From: Planctomycetota bacterium
GTDB taxonomy: Bacteria > Planctomycetota > UBA8108 > SXIK01
DNA: 64,000 nt
Reading direction: 5' to 3'
Assembly (NCBI GenBank): GCA_965223845.1
Contig: CBDCXR010000004.1
Location: 6,223,857 to 6,287,856, forward strand
In this document: positions 33,701-41,154 of the stretch, in pieces
Numbering within the stretch: the stretch's first letter is position 1
Layout of the letters: every line of letters starts with the position of its first letter
The notes under the pieces: generated by a model
Seen by the model: only the letters and a program-made list of their open reading frames with translations
The model's database searches: none
What the model was told of the DNA's origin: nothing
Position numbers and translations under genes: made by a program

Positions 33701-34040
33701 CACTCGCGGAAAGTCGCGCGGTCGGCGGTTTCCCCTCCCCGACGAAGCGTGGAAGCTCGACACGGACGAGATCGTCCTCTACGTCGATCCGTCCCAGGGC
33801 TGGGGCCCGAAGTCGGTGCCGTGGGCGATCTGTGAGGGGAGCGTCGTCTTCCAGTCCGGGGACTACACCGGAACCGCAGCGAGCGCGCGGTACGAGGAGG
33901 GGCTTCAGAAGCTGACGCTGCGCGGCCGTCCCGTCCGCCTCACAGTCGCGGCGGAGACGTTCGAGGGGCGTTCGATCACGGTGCGCCGGGAGAGCGACCA
34001 CGTTCTCATCGAGGTCGAGGACGACGGGCGAAACCGCTGA
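30735..34040 (+). CDS. Large (1101 aa) membrane-anchored hypothetical protein with repeated beta-rich segments, possibly LptA/OstA-like jellyroll repeats
   Basis: N-terminal anchor MRAITFFLVVFVSTLSIFLLTTG. Recurring motifs recall the OstA/LptA fold: GDV.....R, AD.A.YD / A..A.YEE, L.L.G.PV.L. Examples are RAEWSGDKLELRLFGDERQ, HARGDVHLTDRRFGLQLLGDALDFDEATRRVRIF, ASARYEEGLQKLTLRGRPVRLTV. No C-terminal beta-barrel signature, so this is a weak family-level guess. Confidence 0.3.
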   Translation: MRAITFFLVVFVSTLSIFLLTTGEVQRWFNPSPAKTLKSFDAPETPPDEKNLLYFPFYNTDRGVLGFTIAAELSQTNIGAGEKIDQIRQLTLRNGTLEIPVEGGLELAGGEGSAPATGGHIALRFETAEWEQEQKADAGAKRSKEPASVVLHNGQGQTADGYSFDFKKLLFHYSGSGVAENEVYEVRSTESVAIRSDAFELRSQNGLRGRLSSDGNGLDSLTFAPPVVAALDPERAPFFGANIEAAAPDGVADRASGRRLWIVSDGPLEFRMEEGKTRRTRIRFTKSVALYPLAAGATLEPSRRPAGGTRFECGDLELVFRQDGRRMVPESALAVRENGRVRSVFAHESGEEYVVEADQLEWRGDNPEKETAAGDGSKRAIAGEAILSGRPTLRGGGSDFVAKDARLRLSEGRLTLRDVEGTMALPKRRGKEAESPRIAPLDGSRATEETLARARLPDEWTMRAEEATFRFAEGEDGEREFSEFVAVSPQSGLVEVLSAASDDRSISLKSEKIRYDRDARELRFEGVRQPVLSDGRNTIEADRIRLLLEKDRELALFEGAVRAQIADVSELPAGVDASAGALKGRLGGGRGFELTSNELQVGFDPELNGVGYLRANGTARVPARVIELPEEGEKVPGLVLEGAQLELDQLKQRASVWGTVSEDAGGASRPRLAVLRRGRETLRAEQITFAGETGIVKLDRTVSLQSEQDRGELTIEMATAVVVLRKKNGSTTEPPSDGQAAKSGPPDGGILFEALRDVDTMTAEGDVDRPIVITAKSDGGRSIVARSQRAEWSGDKLELRLFGDERQQIDLADDRFAGPIHAREIVYEETTRRVVLRGDVKGELRQRHEAKENLEHVWTFATTRFDLHLERGEKGPELKSAHARGDVHLTDRRFGLQLLGDALDFDEATRRVRIFSPNGRPQTFYRLAPTAEGSEATRETPDKITAQEIVLQPHEDPDARFGQPSHWLLVRFRNDVKAVFHPPPSVARRTRGKSRGRRFPLPDEAWKLDTDEIVLYVDPSQGWGPKSVPWAICEGSVVFQSGDYTGTAASARYEEGLQKLTLRGRPVRLTVAAETFEGRSITVRRESDHVLIEVEDDGRNR

Positions 34041-34205
34041 GCGGGTAGAATTCGGCCTACGTTTTCCGCGCTGGGGTGACGCGGCCGCGGATCTCGTGTG
34101 AGAATCTCCTCGTCCTGCCGAAGATGGTGAGGATGGATGAACCTCCCGATCCCGACCCGCCCGCCCGGCGCCTCACGGCAGCCGATCCCCGTGAAAGGAC
34201 CCTCG

Positions 34206-34898
34206 ATGCTCCCCCTCCCGCGAGCCGCTGACTCGAGCGGCGCGTCCGCCGCCCCGTCGTGCCGTCCGTCCGTCTTCCTGCACCGTTCGATTTGCTCGGC
34301 GGCGTTCGTCCTCGTTTCGCTCGCCGCCGGCTGCAGCTCCCCCACCCCGGCGCTCTTCAACCGCGGCGACGGGCTGCGCGAAAAGACCGTGCTGATCGTG
34401 CCGTTCAGCGAGCTGACGCAAAACCGCTGGTACGGCGAGTCCGGCCGCGGGGTGTTCCTCGCCGGTGCGCTCAGAGGCTGGGTCGCACGCGAGTGGGAGG
34501 CGGGCTTCGCCGACTCGCAGGACGAGGACATGATCATCGATCGCGTCCGCGATTGGCCCCGCGAAACGATCAGCTCCGCGGAGTGGCGGTCGCTCGTCCG
34601 AAAGACGAACGTCGAGTACGTCGTCGTCGGCGATCTGAAGTCGGTTCGGCTCAAGAGCACGCACCGGATCAATCTCCTCGACGCCGAAGCCACCGTGCGC
34701 TACCGCGTGATCGACGCGGTCCGCGGGAAGGAGGTCTTCGTTCAGCGGAACAAATCGGTCACGCTCGGCGGCCGAACGGACGAGATCGATATCCCGATTC
34801 TCGAGATGGGGTCAGACGAGAAGAAGGTGGAGATGCGACTTCTCGCGACGACGGCGAAGCAGATCGGGAAGGAATTGTATGGATACCACCGCGATTGA
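34206..34898 (+). CDS. Hypothetical lipoprotein
   Basis: MLPLPRAADSSGASAAPSCRPSVFLHRSICSAAFVLVSLAAGCSS has an LAAGC lipobox. It is followed by a soluble ~180-aa domain with no recognised motif. It lies directly downstream of the 1101-aa gene. Confidence 0.45.
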   Translation: MLPLPRAADSSGASAAPSCRPSVFLHRSICSAAFVLVSLAAGCSSPTPALFNRGDGLREKTVLIVPFSELTQNRWYGESGRGVFLAGALRGWVAREWEAGFADSQDEDMIIDRVRDWPRETISSAEWRSLVRKTNVEYVVVGDLKSVRLKSTHRINLLDAEATVRYRVIDAVRGKEVFVQRNKSVTLGGRTDEIDIPILEMGSDEKKVEMRLLATTAKQIGKELYGYHRD

Positions 34899-35231
34899 GC
34901 GTAGAATTTCGGACGGGTCCGTACGTTTCCGAGGGTGATTCCGATCGCCTTCGAGCCGCCGTGAGTTCGCTCCGAGGACCTCACGTGCGCCGATCGGGCC
35001 GAGCTACTTTCGAGTGAGAGATCGCGGGGCAGATCGAAGCTTCGATCGGGCGTCATTCGCGCAACTGGTTGCTATATAAGGCTTTAGGTCCGCGCGGGAC
35101 GACAGAGATCTCTCCCCCCTCTGGTCGGAGGGTGCCGGGCGGCTAGGAGCCGGCGGCTCCCTCTCGCGTTGACCGGACGGGAGCTTGTCCATGCGAACGC
35201 GTCTGCGTTCTCTCAATTCTCGAGTGCAGCC

Positions 35232-35531
35232 ATGCTCACTGTCTCCAGCCTAGCTGTCGTCGATTCGTGGATTTCGGGATTCTTCGTGGCGTGGGCCCCC
35301 GGCCCACTCGAGCTCGTCATTATCGGGATTGTCGGCTTGCTGATCTTCGGCAAGCGTCTGCCCGAGATCGCCCGCAATCTCGGGCGAGGTGTCGTCGAGT
35401 TCAAGAAGGGGATCCGAAACGTCGAGGACGACATCGATACCGCCGGCGAGTATCAGCCTCCTTCCCCGCCGAAGCAGGTCGGCGACGGAAGCCGGCGGGA
35501 CGACGAAGTCGGCGCGGCCCGAAACGACTGA
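35232..35531 (+). CDS. tatA: Twin-arginine translocase subunit TatA/E family
   Basis: GPLELVIIGIVGLLIFGKRLPEIARNLGRGVVEFKKGIRNVEDD matches the TatA TM helix plus amphipathic helix (..LLIFG.KKLP..G..LG.....FKK.). The start may instead be the GTG at VAWAPGP. Confidence 0.7.
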   Translation: MLTVSSLAVVDSWISGFFVAWAPGPLELVIIGIVGLLIFGKRLPEIARNLGRGVVEFKKGIRNVEDDIDTAGEYQPPSPPKQVGDGSRRDDEVGAARND

Positions 35532-35541
35532 CCGAGTCGTC

Positions 35542-36264
35542 TCAGCGACCGTGACGAAGACGCTCGCCGAGGGCGAGCGGAAGTCCGGCTTTCTGGAACT
35601 TGTGTACCGCCGCGTCGATGTCGTACGGGAAGCGGCAGAGACGAACGTGCGCCTGATCCGTGTCGAACAGTGCACAGGATGCCCGCGGGTCGCGATCGCG
35701 CGGTTGCCCCACGCTCCCGACGTTCACGATCGTCTGATCCGCTGCGCGTAGCGAGATCTCCGTCTCCAGCGTGTACGAGATCACCTCGGTCTGAACGAAG
35801 GTCACCGGCACGTGAGAGTGGCCGATGAAGCAGACGGCGTTCTGCATATACGCCATCGAAAGCGACGCGTCGTACGTCGTCTGCACGTAATCGAAAAGCT
35901 CGGGCGAGCAGAGAGTTCCGTGCACGACGTCGAGCCCGTCCAGGTGGTGGACGAGCGGGAGGCTTCCCAGGTAGTTCACGTCGTCGCTCGAGAGCTTGTC
36001 GCGTGTCCAGATCGTCGCCTCGCGGGCCAGCGCGTTGAAGTTCGCGATGCTGAGCTTATCTGCGACGGCGAGGTCGTGATTCCCGGCGACCACGTAGCTC
36101 GAGATCTTGCGCACGCGGTTCAGGCATTCCGCCGGCTCGGGGCCGTAGCCAACGATGTCACCGAGGCAGATGAACTCGTCGACCCCTTCTCGTTCGAGGC
36201 CGGCGACAACGGCCTCGAGCGCATCGAGGTTGCCGTGAACGTCTGAAATGATGCCGTAGCGCAC
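35542..36264 (-). CDS. Calcineurin-like metallophosphoesterase
   Basis: ISDVHGNLDALEAVV, GDIVGYGPEP and GNHD motifs. The start is assigned to the GTG (VRYGIISDVHGN) preceded by GAGAGG. The longer N-terminal extension in the ORF track runs into the parS array and is rejected. Confidence 0.7.
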   Translation of the reverse strand: MRYGIISDVHGNLDALEAVVAGLEREGVDEFICLGDIVGYGPEPAECLNRVRKISSYVVAGNHDLAVADKLSIANFNALAREATIWTRDKLSSDDVNYLGSLPLVHHLDGLDVVHGTLCSPELFDYVQTTYDASLSMAYMQNAVCFIGHSHVPVTFVQTEVISYTLETEISLRAADQTIVNVGSVGQPRDRDPRASCALFDTDQAHVRLCRFPYDIDAAVHKFQKAGLPLALGERLRHGR

Positions 36265-36462
36265 CGTGCTGATCCTCTCGCGTCCGACTTCAGCTGGAGT
36301 CCTTTGGTCAGGAAAGTATAGGACACGACTTCGATCCGCGCCGGTTTCCGTGCCGAATCGATGGATTGATGCGGAGGCGAGCACGTAAGGCACTATCCTA
36401 AAGCGAGATAGGTGTCTTCCGCGAACGTCCCCCGCGTGCGCGCCGCCGAACTGAGTTCGCCG

Positions 36463-37047
36463 GCGCGATGCGATGTTCCACGTGGAACATTTTGGGCCGC
36501 AGTCGGGCGTTTTCAGCTTCGTTCGAATCGCGTCAGTCAAACTCATGCGTTTCTCCGGCAGAGGTTGACGCGCGAGCGGGGCCCCCAAATCCGTTCGACA
36601 GGATGTTCCACGTGGAACATCGGCCGATCCACGGCCGTCGGATGCGTTTCCAGGTTGGCTCAGTCGCGGGTGAGCGCCAAGCGCGCTCGTCCCCGGGTGG
36701 ATTCAGATGTTCCACGTGGAACATTCCGTCTCCTGGGATCTTCGGGGCTCCGCGATCGGCGCCGCGGATGTTCCACGTGGAACATTCCTTCATCCGGGAC
36801 CTCCCGGTGTCCCGCGATCAGCGCGATGCGATGTTCCACGTGGAACATTCCTTCATCCGGGACCTCCCGGCGTCCCGCGATCAGCGCGAGGCGATGTTCC
36901 ACGTGGAACATTCCTTCATCCGGGACCTCCCGGCGTCCCGCGATCAGCGCGCCGCGGATGTTCCACGTGGAACATCTGAGGCGGGATCCACGATGTTCCA
37001 CGTGGAACATCGTCCGCTGAGTAAGTTCGATGTTCCACGTGGAACAT
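36463..37047. promoter_or_regulatory. parS: Array of nine identical 18-bp perfect palindromes ATGTTCCACGTGGAACAT, a parS-like centromere cluster upstream of parAB
   Basis: Copies at 36463, 36603, 36707, 36768, 36831, 36894, 36958, 36993 and 37030, each 18 bp and all identical. The core TGTTCCACGTGGAACA differs from the ParB-binding parS consensus TGTTNCACGTGAAACA only by a symmetric A-to-G change. Copies 4-6 are embedded in a ~63-bp higher-order repeat, with a degenerate fourth copy around site 3. Confidence 0.8.
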
Positions 37048-37139
37048 CCAGGCCCGTGACCCGCCTTCCCGTTGAAACGCGATTCGAAGGCCCCTATGAT
37101 CGCCGTCTGGATCCCCGGAAGTGGAGGAATGCGAGGATC

Positions 37140-37916
37140 TTGGTAGAGTGCATCACGATCGCAAGTCAGAAGGGCGGAGTGGGGAAGACCACCACCGCGG
37201 TGAATCTCGCCGCTAGCCTGGCGCTTGCTGAGCGACGGGTGCTCCTCGTGGATCTCGACCCGCAAGGAAACGCGGCGAGCGGGATAGGCCTCGCTGAGGG
37301 TGAAGTCCCGGATCGTGGGGGATTCGTGTCGGCGGCGCTTGCAGAGGAGGATCTCTCGCCGTTCGCCGTGGGGACCCGGTACGAAAACCTCTCGGGTTTG
37401 TGTTCCCCCGCTGAGTTGTCTCAACTCCCGCTGATCCACAGCTTGCAGCAGGAGGACGGGCTCGATCGGTTCCGAAAAAGCCTACGGGCGGTCGCCGAGC
37501 AGTTCGATTTCCTCCTCTTCGACTGCCCGCCGTCCCTCGCGGGGCTTCCGAGCGTGGCTCTGTCCTGCAGCGACAAGGTGCTGATCCCGGTGCAGTGCGA
37601 GTACTACGCGATGGAAGGGCTGAGTCAGATTTTGCCAATAATACAGAAATTGCAGAAAACTACAAATCGGGATCTGCGCGTTGGGGGCCTACTCCTCACG
37701 ATGTTTTGCGAGGAGCTCGAGCTCGCGCGCGAAGTCGCGGGCGAAGTACGCGGGTATTTTGCTGCCGAGGTGTTCGAGAGTGTGATCCCGCGGGACGTCG
37801 TTCTCGCCGAGGCGTCGAGTCACGGCGTCCCGGCGTTTCACTACTCCCCGCTTGCACGGGGGACTTGGGCGTACTTGGAGTTGGCGCGAGAGGTACTCGA
37901 TCATGGCCGGGCGTAA
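37140..37916 (+). CDS. parA: Chromosome partitioning ATPase ParA/Soj
   Basis: ITIASQKGGVGKTTTAVNLAASLA (deviant Walker A), LLVDLDPQGN, DFLLFDCPPS. The start is tentatively the TTG 11 nt after GGAGGA; no in-frame ATG lies near the conserved N-terminus. The stop overlaps the parB start. Confidence 0.85.
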   Translation: MVECITIASQKGGVGKTTTAVNLAASLALAERRVLLVDLDPQGNAASGIGLAEGEVPDRGGFVSAALAEEDLSPFAVGTRYENLSGLCSPAELSQLPLIHSLQQEDGLDRFRKSLRAVAEQFDFLLFDCPPSLAGLPSVALSCSDKVLIPVQCEYYAMEGLSQILPIIQKLQKTTNRDLRVGGLLLTMFCEELELAREVAGEVRGYFAAEVFESVIPRDVVLAEASSHGVPAFHYSPLARGTWAYLELAREVLDHGRA

Positions 37917-38907
37917 ATTGGGCCGGGGGCTCGACATGCTGATCCGAAAGCGCGAGGCGGATTCGGATCTCGAAGGCGGGACTCGGCTTCCGCCCGTCGC
38001 GGACGCGGAGCAGGAACCTTCGGCGCCGACGACGGAGCCCGTCGCCGAGCCGGAGCCGGAACCCGAGCCTGAGGCCCAAGCCGAGGACGATCCCGTCCTG
38101 CGCGTGGTTGCGGTCGATCCAGCGAGCGTCGATGCGAACCCCGAGCAGCCACGTAAAGTATTTGAGCGAGGTGAGTTAGATAACCTCAAGGCGTCGATCG
38201 GCCGCGACGGCTTGCTGCAGCCGATCCTCGTTCGCCGGCTCGGGACGGGCCGCCTGCAACTCGTGGCGGGCGAGCGCCGTCTGCGGGCGGCGCAAGAGCT
38301 CGAGCTCGAGGAGATCCCCGCGATCGTCGCTGAGGTCACCGACGATCGGCTGCTCGAAGTCGCGCTCATCGAAAACATTCAGCGCCAGGACCTGAACCCG
38401 ATCGAGACGGCGGCTGCCTACCGCAATCTCATGCGGGCGAAGCGGTGGACGCAGGAGGAGCTCGCGCGCGCGCTCGGAGTCGGTCGACCGAGCGTCTCGA
38501 ACACGCTTCGCCTTCTCGATCTCCCCGCGGAGATGCAAAAGGCGCTCGCCGCCGGGCACATCAACATGGGGCACGCGAAAGTGCTCCTCGCCGTTGAGGA
38601 CGACGAGGATCGCCGCGAGCTCTTCGAGCGTATCGCCGAGGAACGTCTCTCGGTCCGTCAGCTCGAGGACGCCCGCGAGGAGGCGATGGCCGCCCGTTCG
38701 GACGGGGAGTCCGGCGGGCGACCGGAACGGCCCCGCCGGCGTCGCGATCCAAAGATCGCCGCCCTCGAGGAGGAGCTCCGCGCGTCGCTCGGGACGAAAG
38801 TCGTAATTCAGGAAGGCGCGCGAAAGGGGCGGGGACGCGTCACCATCGAATTCTATTCCGCTGACGATTTTGAGCGGATCCGAACGCGGTTGCTCGCGCG
38901 GAGTTGA
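37903..38907 (+). CDS. parB: Chromosome partitioning protein ParB/Spo0J
   Basis: MAGRKLGRGLDMLI..., the ParB box LQPILVRR...QLVAGERRLRAAQ, and the HTH EELARALGVGRPSVSNTLRLL. Confidence 0.9.
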   Translation: MAGRKLGRGLDMLIRKREADSDLEGGTRLPPVADAEQEPSAPTTEPVAEPEPEPEPEAQAEDDPVLRVVAVDPASVDANPEQPRKVFERGELDNLKASIGRDGLLQPILVRRLGTGRLQLVAGERRLRAAQELELEEIPAIVAEVTDDRLLEVALIENIQRQDLNPIETAAAYRNLMRAKRWTQEELARALGVGRPSVSNTLRLLDLPAEMQKALAAGHINMGHAKVLLAVEDDEDRRELFERIAEERLSVRQLEDAREEAMAARSDGESGGRPERPRRRRDPKIAALEEELRASLGTKVVIQEGARKGRGRVTIEFYSADDFERIRTRLLARS

Positions 38908-39443
38908 CGGCGATTCGCGCGCGGGTTATCGGCCTCGATGGCGGGCCGGTTCTTCAGTTGACTCGGGGAGAAAAGGGTTCACACTGACCACTCTGTCGCG
39001 GTTTCAGGACGGCTGCGAGAGAGAAGCCGGCGGTCGCCGGCCCAGGAGCTCGAGTCGCCCGCGGTCCACTTTTGGGATGCCTCGTTCTTCGGCTCGAACC
39101 GGTTTTTTCGGACCGGCTCCTACCACGACGTGAATCGTCCGGAAGCCCGAAGTGGAGTGTTCAGAGGAGTCATCGACGAGCGGCGCGTGAGGGCCGTTCG
39201 TTCGTTCCATCGGGCCCGGGGGATGATCGATCGGACGCGAAGGCCGCGTCTCGGCGCTCGCGTTTCTCTCGCGAGCGAACCCGGGGTCGTCCCGCCGCGC
39301 GTGTTCCCCGTCCGGGCGAGGCCGGGTGATCGTTCAGACCCTTGCAGCCGCCCTGCAGCGAGCGAGGGCCGACGCGGGTCGGTCCCCCGACGGTCGGGAC
39401 CGAGCTTCGCCTCGGCGCCGCGACTCCGACGCGACGAAGCCGC

Positions 39444-41129
39444 ATGATGAGATTACCGAAGTCGGCCGCCGCCCTGTCCGCCGCGGCGATGCTCTTCTGG
39501 GTTTCCACGGCGGTAGCGCAGCCGAGTGCCGAGCCTCCGACGGGGGAGGTCTCCGCGCAGCCGGCGCCGCCCACCGGGGAGGACGAGGGCGAGGAGCCGG
39601 AGCCGCTCACGACTCGCATCGAGAACGGGATCACGGACGGTGGGACCGAGCTCTCGCTCTCGCTCGAAGACGCCATCCGAATGGCGGTCGAGAACAATCT
39701 CAACGTGCGCATCGCGCGGCTGGATGACGCGATCCGCCAGCGGGACGTCGTCTTCGCGCGGTCGGCCTTCGATCCGTTCTTCAACGTCTCCGCGACGTAC
39801 GCGAAGAATCGCGACCCGACGGTGAGCTTCCTCGACGTCGGTACCGGCGCCCAGGGCGTTACGGTCAACCCGTCCGAGATCACGACGTACTCGACCGGCG
39901 TCTCCGGGCTCTTCGTTCTCGGAACTTCCTACGACTTCCGCGTCGAGCAGAACGAGTTCGACCGGCCGGCGGCGGCGAGCGGAGGAATCACCGTCCTCAA
40001 CCCGGTGACCCGCACCCAAGCGGTCGCCGACCTCCGCCAGCCGCTCCTTCGCGGCGCGTGGTACGCGGTCAACTCCGCCGACCTCCGCATCGCGCTCAAC
40101 CAGCTCGATTGGTCGAGGGAGGCCTTCGAGCTCGTCGTGATCGACACCGTCTACCAGGTGGAGGCGGCCTACTGGGACCTCGTCTTCGCCGTTCAGAACT
40201 ACCGTTCGATCGGGAAGAGCCTCGAGGTCGATCTGGAGAATCTCGAAAACGCCCGCAAGCGGCTGGAGGTCGGCAAGTACTCGCCGAACGACGTCACCGT
40301 CGCCGAGGCGCAGTGGGTCCTCCGCAAAGTAACCCGCGAGCAGGCCGTCCTCGAACTCCTCGTGGCTCGCGACCGACTGCTCGATCTCGTCAACTACTCC
40401 GGCGAGCGATCGCTCGTCGAAGGGTGGCGGGCCGGAGGTGGCAAGGGATCGTACGATGACGTCGAGATCATCCTCGAGACCCCGCCCGACTCGGAGCTGC
40501 CCGACCTCGATATCGACACGGCTCTCGCGAACGCGATGAAGCACCGCGCGGATTACCGGCAGGTTCTCGTCGAGCTCCGAAACCAGAAGATCCGCGTCGA
40601 GGTCGCGCGGAACAATCTTCTTCCGCAGCTCGATCTCCTCGGCCGCTGGACGCAGCTCGGACTCGACGACACCTATCACGAGTCCTACTCGAGCGTCGGC
40701 GACGGAGATTTCTACGACTGGTTCGTCGGCGTGGAGCTCTCGGTTCCGCTGTCCAACCGCGGACCGCGAAGCCGTTACCGAAACGCCCGCGAGGAGCACC
40801 GCAAGCTCGCGCTCCAGAAACACAGCCTTGAGAACCAAGTCGCGCTCGAGGTGGCGGCGGCGGTGCGCGAGATCGAGAATCTCCGGCGGCGAGTCGTCGA
40901 CCGCGCCCGGCACGTCGAGCTTCAAACCCAGCTCGTCGTGGACGAGCGAAACAAGCTCGAGGCCGGTCGAACCATCGCGTACACGGTGAGCATCATCGAG
41001 AACGATCTCGTCACGGCCGAGACGGATGCCCTGCGCGCGCAGGCGGATCTTCAGAAGGCCAAGGCGGAGTACTACCGCGCCACCGGCACGCTGCTCCAGG
41101 AGCGGCGGATCTGGGTGGGGGAGCCGTAG
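39444..41129 (+). CDS. TolC-family outer membrane efflux protein
   Basis: Start MMRLPKSAAALSAAAMLFWVSTAVAQ (signal peptide). LSLEDAIRMAVENNLNVRIARL is the typical OEP opening. Two OEP repeats with coiled-coil segments. Confidence 0.8.
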   Translation: MMRLPKSAAALSAAAMLFWVSTAVAQPSAEPPTGEVSAQPAPPTGEDEGEEPEPLTTRIENGITDGGTELSLSLEDAIRMAVENNLNVRIARLDDAIRQRDVVFARSAFDPFFNVSATYAKNRDPTVSFLDVGTGAQGVTVNPSEITTYSTGVSGLFVLGTSYDFRVEQNEFDRPAAASGGITVLNPVTRTQAVADLRQPLLRGAWYAVNSADLRIALNQLDWSREAFELVVIDTVYQVEAAYWDLVFAVQNYRSIGKSLEVDLENLENARKRLEVGKYSPNDVTVAEAQWVLRKVTREQAVLELLVARDRLLDLVNYSGERSLVEGWRAGGGKGSYDDVEIILETPPDSELPDLDIDTALANAMKHRADYRQVLVELRNQKIRVEVARNNLLPQLDLLGRWTQLGLDDTYHESYSSVGDGDFYDWFVGVELSVPLSNRGPRSRYRNAREEHRKLALQKHSLENQVALEVAAAVREIENLRRRVVDRARHVELQTQLVVDERNKLEAGRTIAYTVSIIENDLVTAETDALRAQADLQKAKAEYYRATGTLLQERRIWVGEP

Positions 41130-41154
41130 CGCCGGTCGATCGCGCTCGAACGCC

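Noticed and set aside
36412-37060. Possible CRISPR array (regularly spaced ~19-bp repeats with ~40-bp spacers)
   Set aside because: The repeat is only 18-19 bp and is a perfect palindrome matching the parS/ParB-box consensus. The spacers themselves repeat, which CRISPR spacers do not. No cas genes are present. The array abuts parAB. It is interpreted as a centromere array instead.
36412-37439. ORF-track proteins 36412..37020, 36468..37916 (N-terminal part), 36533..36793, 36660..37439 and 36707..36979, full of repeated CSTWNI / MFHVEH peptides
   Set aside because: These are translations of the tandem palindrome array in several frames on both strands, a repeat artefact. Only the C-terminal ParA portion from ~37140 is a real gene.
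38907-39443. Possible small RNA or regulatory hairpins in the 537-bp parB-TolC intergenic region (palindromes gccggcggtcgccggc, ggtcccccgacggtcgggacc)
   Set aside because: Hairpins are expected by chance in 70% GC DNA. No promoter, terminator T-run or known RNA-family motif was recognisable by eye, so I left it unannotated.
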